Positions 8,233 through 15,701 of a stretch of DNA of 32,000 nucleotides are shown here, piece by piece. The translations under genes and the position numbers were made by a program. Location: positions 1,320,001 to 1,352,000 of the forward strand of contig NC_010085.1 in assembly GCF_000018465.1 (NCBI RefSeq), read 5' to 3'. Numbering within the stretch: position 1 is the first letter of the stretch; each line of letters begins with the position of its first letter. The notes beneath the pieces were generated by a model. That model did no database searches. It was not told where the DNA came from and worked only from the letters and a program-made list of their open reading frames with translations. The stretch is from Nitrosopumilus maritimus SCM1 (GTDB lineage: Archaea > Thermoproteota > Nitrososphaeria > Nitrososphaerales > Nitrosopumilaceae).

Positions 8233-9227
8233 TTTCTATTCAATGTACAGTGATCAGTGTCAATCCAGTGAGTGTTGTTTCTGAATTTTATGTTTGGTTT
8301 TACATTAAGGTAATCATTGTCATTACACAATTTGTCTATCACTGGAACATACTCATCTAGATTGTCATGAATTTTAGTATTAATTTCTGCTCTATCAAAC
8401 AGGTAAAACACATCATCGTTATGATTTGTTTGATATGCCCATTCCTCAAATGAAAATGCACATCCACTCTTTATCATGTTGAGATCATATGGTACGCCTG
8501 CACCAGCAGGTGCTGGTTCACATATACCTCTTGGCGTACCATCCTCATTGTACCTTTGCATGCCACAAGGATCACGAATTGATTGGTAATATTCAAACAA
8601 AGTATCAAAGAGTTCTGCACAATAAGGATAGTTGTTTAGGAGATTTTTATCAGAAATTAATGTCAAATCAGGATACTTTAACTCCCATTTACAATACTGC
8701 ATATCATAGTTGTGAGTAGAGTTTTCTATGATTAGATCTGGCAGTTTTTCCTTGTGTATTGTTTCATCACAATTTGCAATATACTCTTTAGACTTTACAT
8801 CTACATCATCATTTGGTCTAAAGTTAAAACCATCAATACTTATTTTTCCATACTCTACAATAATTGCAACATCATCAGGATATTTTTTTGTAAATTCTTT
8901 GATTATTGGGATCAATTCTTTATTTTCAATCACAGCCTCAATTTCCTTGGTTTGGTGATTCAGATTTACTGCATACGAACTTGGTGGCAAATCCTCATGC
9001 AATTGTCTGACTTTTTTCCTAAGATCAAGTTCTATACCCTCAAGTTTTGCTTTTAATTCTGGTTCAATGTACGAACGTTCTCCGGGCTTTGGTTCATTCT
9101 CTATTCTCTGTCTTTCATACTCTAATTGTTCCAAATAATTTTCATATCTATCAAGTGCAGCAAATGTAACAAATGGAATTGTAGTCATCATAATTACTCC
9201 AATTATTATTAAAAATCTAGTTTTCAT
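8229..9227 (-). CDS. membrane-anchored/secreted Cys-rich hypothetical protein (332 aa), operon gene 3
   Basis: N-terminus MKTRFLIIIGVIMMTTIPFVTFA. It contains many Cys (…CDETIH…YCKWE…PYCAELF…CGMQ…GICEP…GCAF…LCNDN…HCTL). The upstream stop abuts its start (TAAATG at 9225-9230). Confidence 0.6.
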   Translation of the reverse strand: MKTRFLIIIGVIMMTTIPFVTFAALDRYENYLEQLEYERQRIENEPKPGERSYIEPELKAKLEGIELDLRKKVRQLHEDLPPSSYAVNLNHQTKEIEAVIENKELIPIIKEFTKKYPDDVAIIVEYGKISIDGFNFRPNDDVDVKSKEYIANCDETIHKEKLPDLIIENSTHNYDMQYCKWELKYPDLTLISDKNLLNNYPYCAELFDTLFEYYQSIRDPCGMQRYNEDGTPRGICEPAPAGAGVPYDLNMIKSGCAFSFEEWAYQTNHNDDVFYLFDRAEINTKIHDNLDEYVPVIDKLCNDNDYLNVKPNIKFRNNTHWIDTDHCTLNRK

Positions 9228-9983
9228 TTAATCCTCAAGTATTTTGAATATTTGACCGTCAGGTCCTATTATTTTATTATCCTGAATTAGTGGGACTGGA
9301 TCAGCCCATTCTTCAACGTAAACCTGATTGTAAAATCCCCCATGTTGCCAAGTGCAAGTGGTTGTTTTGAGTTTAGTAGTTCCATTACTCATACCCTTAT
9401 CACCAATTTTGTTTTCGGGATCTAGACAATCTTGAATAATTTTCTCTAGTTGATCACTCATCCACCATTGTTTTTTATTCCATTCACATTTTTCATAATC
9501 AAACATCCATAATCCTCCTTCATTCTCAGGTCTTGGTTCAGGTTTACATTCAGGCTCAGGTTCAACTTGAGTATTTTCAATTATGTCTAGAGGGAAACTG
9601 CCATAGTTATTTTGGATAACATCTACATCTGTACATCTATCTAATGCTATAGAGTATCCATATTGTTGAATTTCAGAAGTAAATGCGGGTTTTATTGTCT
9701 TCAAATCATCACAAGTAAATTCTAGAAAATCATGATAATGATCAATGTATTGAATTTCATCAGAGGATAAGAAACCTTTTTCACTGCAATATACTAATTC
9801 TGGCAGATATTTTTCTTGAAACACTTGAATATGCATTCTTTGCAGGTGTGCTGTTTCAAACAATTCTTGGCAATGAATCATTCTGTCCTGAATTATGAAG
9901 TAAGGAGTAATGTATGGAGACAATGAAATTATTAAAGCAATTGCAACAATAACAGAAATTATTATCAAAAGTCGAGTTTTCAT
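9228..9983 (-). CDS. membrane-anchored/secreted Cys-rich hypothetical protein (251 aa), operon gene 2
   Basis: N-terminus MKTRLLIIISVIVAIALIISL. It contains a P/E-rich linker EPEPECKPEPRPE. Its start overlaps the upstream stop (9980-9983). Confidence 0.6.
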   Translation of the reverse strand: MKTRLLIIISVIVAIALIISLSPYITPYFIIQDRMIHCQELFETAHLQRMHIQVFQEKYLPELVYCSEKGFLSSDEIQYIDHYHDFLEFTCDDLKTIKPAFTSEIQQYGYSIALDRCTDVDVIQNNYGSFPLDIIENTQVEPEPECKPEPRPENEGGLWMFDYEKCEWNKKQWWMSDQLEKIIQDCLDPENKIGDKGMSNGTTKLKTTTCTWQHGGFYNQVYVEEWADPVPLIQDNKIIGPDGQIFKILED

Positions 9984-11845
9984 TTTTTATCATCAACAGG
10001 TATTATTGAAAATCCATCACTAGAACCCTTAAGAATTGCGGTAATTTTTTCTTGTTTCAAATCAAAAGTTACAGTGACAAAGAGATATTTTTCTTCAACA
10101 TTGAATTTCAGTCCAACATGTTGATTTAGTGGTGGATTTTTTCTGTCAACTGAAAACGAACAACATTCAACATCATATGTATAGCCATCAAGTATTGATG
10201 AGACTTTGTTATTTTTGAGTACTTCAGATATCACAAAATCACGAGCGTCATCAGATAGATGATCCATACTATTTTCTCCAGGAACAGTTCTCAATTCTTC
10301 AATCATGTTTTGCCTTGCTTCCAAGTCATCAGGAGTAAGTTCTTCATAGTGATGTCTTGTAGGATCCTCATCTAGTACAGTAAAATCAAATTCTATTGGA
10401 GGAGACAAGGCAGTAGGATTTTCAATGCTCTGCCACACAAAGAATACAACCCTGTAGTCTCCTGCAACATTTGGAATCCACGAGGTAGCTGGGCTAAAAG
10501 AGGACAGAGGGTTTAGGGTTCCATCAATCCAAGACAATGCTTGAGTTTTTTTGTCACTGTCAATAATTTGTGCAATCCAGACAAATCGTTGTTCACGGTC
10601 TTGTTGATTTGCAATATCAGAGGTAAGTAGCACCTGCTCTCCAACTACAGGATAAACAATGGTGTTGTGTTTCAGATCAGATATTCTTGGAGCACTTACT
10701 GGTGCACGCTCCAATGGAGGGCCAGTAGAGCCCAATAGTGTAGTTGCAGTCAGAAAATTTTTCGAATCAATTGATTGTTGAGGATCATACAGTGCAGTCA
10801 TTGTATCTCCTTGATTTCCATACAGAATATTGGGTCCAGAACGTTTGTCACTAAATGCAAATGTACGCTCAAAGACTCCTGAATCTTTACTTGTTTCATA
10901 AAGATCAATTGTTATTCCTTCAAGGGAGCTATCAGAGAGGATTTTGGCTTTAACAGTGTCAATGCTGTTTGCAAACTTGTTTTGCTCATGATCAGTTACA
11001 ATAATTTTAGCAGAGCTTGTACCATTTTTTGTACTGTAATTTGCCTGACTCCACTCTATATTTTTAGCATCTAGTTGTTCAAATGGAAATGGATGCAACT
11101 CTACAGATACAGCTAAATCATCATTGACAGAATAGGGTTTTGGAAGTGTATGGTCATCATACTGTACATAGATAACATCATCAGGTAGTGCATACAAACT
11201 ACGTCCACTTGAATCATCTTGTGAAGTAGAGAAATAGGCTACAAAAGTTCCAGGACTGTCATGTAGTTCTTTTGCATCAATAACTAGTCCTGCTTTATCA
11301 GAATCAGAAAATACCTGAATAGAAAGTGTATCCAGAGTATCAGGATTAAGATTCATGTCAGGATCATTGACTGTTATGAGAAATGATTCTCCATATCCAT
11401 TAAACATTCTAGTATAATCCATAGTACCGACATTCCAGTTAATTTTTACAGATTTTTTTATCTCATCACCATCTGCAAATCTTACTAGAATTGTAAATTC
11501 ATCATCTCTGCTGCTCTCAAGAAATCCATTGTTAGGTCCAGTTCCCGTTGTGCGAGGATTTGTGTCATACTTTCCATCGCCATTTACATCATGCAAAAAT
11601 CCAGTCAAGATTATCTCTCCAGTGTACAATCCGTTTCCAGCCTTTGCTAGCTTGTAGTTTCTTATCTCATGATCTTCAGTATAGACTCTAACTGATGCAC
11701 CATCTGAATCAACTCCATGCTCTGTGATTCTAATGTTGATTTTATCAGTCCACGTGTATGGGGATTTGTCAAGAGAGATAGCAGCAAAAGCAGGAGAGAC
11801 AGTAATTATGATAATACTAAAAATTACAACCAAGAAAAATTTCAT
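9980..11845 (-). CDS. large secreted protein (621 aa) with repeated beta-rich modules, operon gene 1
   Basis: Signal peptide MKFFLVVIFSIIIITVSPAFA|A. Three divergent modules end in small-G-aromatic motifs (AGNGLYTGEI, HDSPGTFVAYF, SKDSGVFERTF) reminiscent of archaeal surface-protein repeats. No enzymatic motif seen. Confidence 0.6.
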   Translation of the reverse strand: MKFFLVVIFSIIIITVSPAFAAISLDKSPYTWTDKINIRITEHGVDSDGASVRVYTEDHEIRNYKLAKAGNGLYTGEIILTGFLHDVNGDGKYDTNPRTTGTGPNNGFLESSRDDEFTILVRFADGDEIKKSVKINWNVGTMDYTRMFNGYGESFLITVNDPDMNLNPDTLDTLSIQVFSDSDKAGLVIDAKELHDSPGTFVAYFSTSQDDSSGRSLYALPDDVIYVQYDDHTLPKPYSVNDDLAVSVELHPFPFEQLDAKNIEWSQANYSTKNGTSSAKIIVTDHEQNKFANSIDTVKAKILSDSSLEGITIDLYETSKDSGVFERTFAFSDKRSGPNILYGNQGDTMTALYDPQQSIDSKNFLTATTLLGSTGPPLERAPVSAPRISDLKHNTIVYPVVGEQVLLTSDIANQQDREQRFVWIAQIIDSDKKTQALSWIDGTLNPLSSFSPATSWIPNVAGDYRVVFFVWQSIENPTALSPPIEFDFTVLDEDPTRHHYEELTPDDLEARQNMIEELRTVPGENSMDHLSDDARDFVISEVLKNNKVSSILDGYTYDVECCSFSVDRKNPPLNQHVGLKFNVEEKYLFVTVTFDLKQEKITAILKGSSDGFSIIPVDDKK

Positions 11846-11890
11846 TTTACTTGTTTTCAGGTCAGATGTTCATAAAGTATTCTAAGCTTA

Positions 11891-11932
11891 GATTTGAATC
11901 CCATAAGGTTTGAACCGTTTATGGAAACAAAA
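11891..11932. repeat. 42-bp intergenic hairpin repeat, copy 2
   Basis: GATTTGAATCCCATAAGGTTTGAACCGTTTATGGAAACAAAA. Read on the minus strand, the arms form an 8-bp stem (including one G-U) around a 12-nt loop. It lies 46-87 nt upstream of the 621-aa gene start. Confidence 0.8.
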
Positions 11933-11941
11933 AAAGTAGGA

Positions 11942-12325
11942 TCAGCATGCTTTGAGAGTTTGCCAAATTCCTATTACGTTTCCTTCAGTATCAGCAACTC
12001 TAGCATACAAACCAAAATCTCCAACTTGTATTTTTGGCATTATTGTTTTACCTCCAGCAGACTCTACTTTTGAAATGTGTTCATCTACGGATGGAACATC
12101 AATTACAATTACAGGGTGTTCTCCCGTAGGATCTTTTTTTAGTAGACCACCATTGATGGCACCAGGTTCCTTTGGTTTCATGTTCTCATCACTTGGAGTA
12201 GTAGTGGCAAGATAGTAATCCATTTCAGGAAATTTGGTTATTTGCCAACCAAAAACATCTTGGTAGAACTTTTGTGCTCGAGATTCATCATCAAAAGGAA
12301 TCTCAAAATGTACAACTTTGTTCAT
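11942..12325 (-). CDS. VOC (glyoxalase/bleomycin-resistance) family protein
   Basis: 127 aa. The N-terminus VVHFEIPFDDESRAQKFYQDVFGWQI and C-terminus GDFGLYARVADTEGNVIGIWQ are typical of the single-domain VOC fold. Confidence 0.75.
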   Translation of the reverse strand: MNKVVHFEIPFDDESRAQKFYQDVFGWQITKFPEMDYYLATTTPSDENMKPKEPGAINGGLLKKDPTGEHPVIVIDVPSVDEHISKVESAGGKTIMPKIQVGDFGLYARVADTEGNVIGIWQTLKAC

Positions 12326-12453
12326 GACAGAACAAAATGCTGATAGTTGATAACCTTTTTTCCAAGAGATTTGAATCCCTTAAGACTCATCTACTGTTTT
12401 GTAGTCAAAATAAAACGCATTTAGGCATAACAATGGTGTAAAATAAAAAAAGG

Positions 12454-12846
12454 TCAAAGAGGCATGTTTTCTTCAACCCAATTGACAATAGTCATGATAT
12501 TTTGGATGTTGCCAAACTCTTCGCCTTCCAAACTTACAAAAAGCAAATGATTGTTTGGAAGTGGGACGGTAATTCGTTTGATTTTGTCATACGCCACAAT
12601 AGCGTATTTTCCCTTTCCAATTTTTTCAGAAAGCACATCACGTTTTTCCCAGCTTTCAATTGAACGTTTTAGAGACTCTTTTGTTTCATCTACTGTAAGG
12701 TAACTGGTTGTATTATCACGAATGCTATTCCATAGAATGTTTCCTTCATGATCACAGATTATTGCAACTCTAGAGCTAGGAATTTCTCCTAATATCATGT
12801 TCAAAAGCTTCTCTTCGTTCTCATTGACATTTTGTGTTACAGACAT
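12454..12846 (-). CDS. hypothetical 130-aa protein, paralogue of 13198-13590 (possible Roadblock/LC7-like fold)
   Basis: Shares EEKLLNMILGEIPSSRVAIICDHEGNILW and ...VPLPNNHLLFVSLE with ESELLAKEIFDADPQIVHLGLIDLEGNVLL and ...LYLPKITVYLTLE of the neighbour. The fold assignment is a guess. Confidence 0.5.
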   Translation of the reverse strand: MSVTQNVNENEEKLLNMILGEIPSSRVAIICDHEGNILWNSIRDNTTSYLTVDETKESLKRSIESWEKRDVLSEKIGKGKYAIVAYDKIKRITVPLPNNHLLFVSLEGEEFGNIQNIMTIVNWVEENMPL

Positions 12847-12982
12847 TAAATTTAGTTAGGATAATTGAAAATAACCTTAATGACTAAACATATGAAAATT
12901 TGACAGATTATTTTGAAAATTTTAAAAGGATTTTAAGTTTTTAAAAACTCATTCTTAGATAACATAAATTCCCAATCAAAAC

Positions 12983-13153
12983 ATGTCATTGTTAAAAACA
13001 ACAAGATTGACCAAACAGGGAGACCGCTTTGAAATTGAGATTCCTCATGAATGCGTTGAAAAACTAGGATGGAGAAATGGATTAGTTTTAGAGATAGACA
13101 TTCAAGATTCTGAAGCAACCATAAGGAAGTTACAGGGATTTTTAGGAAAATAA
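12983..13153 (+). CDS. AbrB/SpoVT-type (looped-hinge helix) DNA-binding protein, 56 aa (absent from ORF track)
   Basis: Hand translation from ATG 12983 to TAA 13151-13153: MSLLKTTRLTKQGDRFEIEIPHECVEKLGWRNGLVLEIDIQDSEATIRKLQGFLGK. It fits the SpoVT-AbrB pattern K-x-G-...-IP-x6-LG-x3-G-x-x-L-x-I and replaces the antisense track ORF 12933-13118. Confidence 0.6.
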   Translation: MSLLKTTRLTKQGDRFEIEIPHECVEKLGWRNGLVLEIDIQDSEATIRKLQGFLGK

Positions 13154-13197
13154 AGCTTCAGTCATACAATACTTTGTTTTTTCTTCTAGTACTAGGA

Positions 13198-13590
13198 TTA
13201 AACTCCGCTCTTCATGATATCACTATCAAGGAATTTGATTTTTTGAGTAGCTGCTTTTACTTCATCAGGAGTCATTGATTTTTCCAAAGTAAGATAAACT
13301 GTAATCTTTGGCAAGTATAGAATTACTTGTTGCATTTTTTCTCGAATAATGTGGACATAATCAGTTTGTCCATATGCTTCATCCAAATGTTCTCTTGCAT
13401 GTCTCCTCACATCAAGTTGATGATAAAATGCGATTCTATCCTCATCAGGTTCTGTAGGTTCAGATGCAGCTGATGATTGATCTAGTAAGACATTTCCTTC
13501 CAAATCTATTAGACCTAGATGAACGATTTGTGGATCAGCATCAAAGATCTCTTTTGCTAGTAGTTCAGATTCTGCAGTCATCAATTTCAT
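13198..13590 (-). CDS. hypothetical 130-aa protein, paralogue of 12454-12846
   Basis: See the paralogue entry. Same length, shared N-terminal D-x-EGN-(V/I)-L and C-terminal LP...L-x-LE blocks. Confidence 0.5.
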   Translation of the reverse strand: MKLMTAESELLAKEIFDADPQIVHLGLIDLEGNVLLDQSSAASEPTEPDEDRIAFYHQLDVRRHAREHLDEAYGQTDYVHIIREKMQQVILYLPKITVYLTLEKSMTPDEVKAATQKIKFLDSDIMKSGV

Positions 13591-13684
13591 AATGTATGAA
13601 ATTGTATAAAAACTTCGTTGACAAGCTTTGTTTAAGAATTTAGTTTGAATCCTTGAGAGCTTATCATTTTGGCATGAAAGTAAT

Positions 13685-14440
13685 TCATCTAGTTTTCAGC
13701 AAAGTCTTGTGAATCTTGGAGCCGTACTGTAACGCTTTCTTTCGTTTGTTACATGAAACTTCAGGAACGCCGACTTTACTTGCAAGTTTTCTTATCATGT
13801 GTTTGCGATAGATGTCTTCAGAATCTGTAATCTTGTCTGAAATTGGTACAGTCTTTGCATATGTGATAAAATCTGGTGAGAGTAATGGCTGTAGAATTTG
13901 TACTCCAAATTCAGATGCAATCATGTTTACTGCCTTCATCATTTTGAGTTCATTGTCAAGTTTGTCCTCCATTACCTCTTGGATTTTGGATTCGCCACCT
14001 GAAAACGCCTCCCTGTACGCATTATATCCACAGAATAGCTCATCAATTCCGTTTGCAGTAACTACTGTACAAATCCCTAGACTCTTTGCAAGCTTTGATA
14101 CGTAATGAAATGCAATACAGTTTTCATTCCAAGACAAATTGTCAGTTTTGATTTTATCGTGAATGCCTGATGATATTGATGGAAATGTTTCAGGTTCAAT
14201 TTCTAAGATATGATGAGGGTAATTCAGTTGTTCATTGACTTCTTTTGCAAACAAGATATCATGGGATTCAGCAAATCCAATTGTAAGTAGTGTAATGTCA
14301 TAATCCATGTCTTTGCAGATTTTGGAGATTAGTGTGCTATCAACACCACCTGAATATGCAATTCCAATTTTTTTATCTGTAACTGTTTGAGTAATTGCAG
14401 TTTTGATGTTATCAAATAGTTCTTGATATTTTGCATCCAT
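13685..14440 (-). CDS. PP-loop ATP pyrophosphatase, asparagine-synthase C-terminal-domain-like
   Basis: PP-loop IGIAYSGGVDSTLISK (SGGxDS) plus ANGIDELFCGYNAY, which resembles the AsnB synthetase-domain motif. No glutaminase domain is present. Confidence 0.7.
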   Translation of the reverse strand: MDAKYQELFDNIKTAITQTVTDKKIGIAYSGGVDSTLISKICKDMDYDITLLTIGFAESHDILFAKEVNEQLNYPHHILEIEPETFPSISSGIHDKIKTDNLSWNENCIAFHYVSKLAKSLGICTVVTANGIDELFCGYNAYREAFSGGESKIQEVMEDKLDNELKMMKAVNMIASEFGVQILQPLLSPDFITYAKTVPISDKITDSEDIYRKHMIRKLASKVGVPEVSCNKRKKALQYGSKIHKTLLKTR

Positions 14441-14546
14441 GGTATCTCTCTAGTTTCTATAAAGGGTAATGAATCAACCTCTAAATCAGCTTTTTAGGCA
14501 CAACAATTAGAATTTTAACTGTTAAGAATTTAGGAGATTGTGTAGA

Positions 14547-15326
14547 ATGAATACAAAGTTACTTCGCAATTTAGGAATAGCAGCTGTAGTTGTAATTGTC
14601 ACAATATTTGCAGTTGGGTCAATAGAACAGCAAGAACAAAAACTTGATTCTGTAGAAAATAAAATAGAAGTAGAAAGTGTTCCTGTAGAAAATGAAATTG
14701 AAGTAAAAAATGAACCTGTAGAAAATAAAATAGTAGAAAGTGTTCCTGTAGAAAAGCAAATAGTAGTAAAATCCACAGAATGTTCAGGAGATGCTTTGTG
14801 TTTTTCTGGTAAAATTACGCAGATAATTGATGGAGACACTGTTAAAGTCGATGGAAAGTCTATACGATTTGCACTAGTTGATGCTCCTGAATTAAAATAC
14901 GATGGCGGACAAGCAAAACAATTTCTCGAACAAGTTTGTCCAGTTGGATCTCAAGTTATAGTTGATCAGGATGACGATCAACTTTCAGACAAGTATGGCA
15001 GAATGTTAGGAGTGATTTACTGTAATGGTATGAATCTAAATCAAGAAATACTTGATTCAGGTATTGGAGATCTTTATGAAGCATTTTGTGATCAAAGTGA
15101 ATTTGCTACTCATTATTGGGCAACAAAACATGGATGTGGTGATTCAGAAGATGAAATAACAACTCAACAAATTCAAGACTGTGATTCATCTTATCCTGAC
15201 TTTTGCATTCCATCTTCACCACCTGATTTAGATTGTGGCGATATCTCTCAGAAAGATTTCACAGTATTGCAACCGGATCCACATAGATTTGATGGGGATA
15301 AGGATGGCATTGGATGTGAATCCTGA
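14547..15326 (+). CDS. membrane-anchored thermonuclease (SNase-like) with C-terminal Excalibur Ca-binding domain
   Basis: Contains a TM anchor (LGIAAVVVIVTIFAVG) and an acidic VE-repeat linker. The SNase core is GKITQIIDGDTVKVDGKSIRFALVDAPE...YGRMLGVIY..G.NLNQEILDSG, and the Excalibur motif is DPHRFDGDKDGIGCE. I prefer ATG at 14547 over the track TTG at 14538. Confidence 0.75.
   Translation: MNTKLLRNLGIAAVVVIVTIFAVGSIEQQEQKLDSVENKIEVESVPVENEIEVKNEPVENKIVESVPVEKQIVVKSTECSGDALCFSGKITQIIDGDTVKVDGKSIRFALVDAPELKYDGGQAKQFLEQVCPVGSQVIVDQDDDQLSDKYGRMLGVIYCNGMNLNQEILDSGIGDLYEAFCDQSEFATHYWATKHGCGDSEDEITTQQIQDCDSSYPDFCIPSSPPDLDCGDISQKDFTVLQPDPHRFDGDKDGIGCES
14652..14768 (+). repeat. in-frame imperfect tandem repeat encoding VENKIEVESVP / VENEIEVKNEP / VENKIVESVP / VEKQIVV
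   Basis: GTAGAAAATAAAATAG..TAGAAAGTGTTCCT recurs at 14652 and 14718, with shorter GTAGAAAA units between. It lies entirely inside the nuclease CDS. Confidence 0.8.
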
Positions 15327-15363
15327 TAGTACCTATTAATTTAGATACAATATACTAAACATC

Positions 15364-15639
15364 ATGAGATTATCACCTGAAGAGATTACAGAGGAGCTCA
15401 AGAATCTACCAGGATGGAGTGTTGTAAATGAGAAACTACACAAAGAAATTGAATTTGAGAGTTTCAATCAGGCATTTGGGTTTATGACCAGAGCTGCAAT
15501 GGAGATTGAAAAGATGAATCATCATCCAGAGTGGTTTAACGTGTATAATAGACTCGTAATAGATTTGATGACTCACGATGCTGGCGGCATTACAAAAAAT
15601 GACATCAATCTGGCTCGAATCCTAAATTCCCTACTTTGA
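15364..15639 (+). CDS. pterin-4a-carbinolamine dehydratase (PCD/DCoH)
   Basis: 91 aa with the family signature [34 protein letters not shown]. Confidence 0.88.
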   Translation: MRLSPEEITEELKNLPGWSVVNEKLHKEIEFESFNQAFGFMTRAAMEIEKMNHHPEWFNVYNRLVIDLMTHDAGGITKNDINLARILNSLL

Positions 15640-15701
15640 GGGTGATTTTAGGCACAAAATTTTCAGAATTTATATAATGACTCTAGGGCAGATGATTTCA
15701 C

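Noticed and set aside
12933-13118. 61-aa minus-strand ORF from the track
   Set aside because: It has no motif and a low-complexity hydrophobic sequence. It lies antisense to a much more convincing AbrB/SpoVT-type ORF (12983-13153, +), so I treat it as a shadow ORF.
14538-14546. TTG at 14538 as the nuclease start
   Set aside because: An ATG three codons downstream (14547) gives MNTKLLRNLGIAAVVV..., a normal anchor N-terminus. The TTG only adds MCR and is less likely, though not excluded.
14640-14770. Short spaced repeats (GTAGAAAA...) that could be mistaken for a mini CRISPR array
   Set aside because: The repeats are in-frame inside the nuclease CDS, encode a VE-rich peptide repeat, have no unique spacers of regular length, and no cas genes are present.
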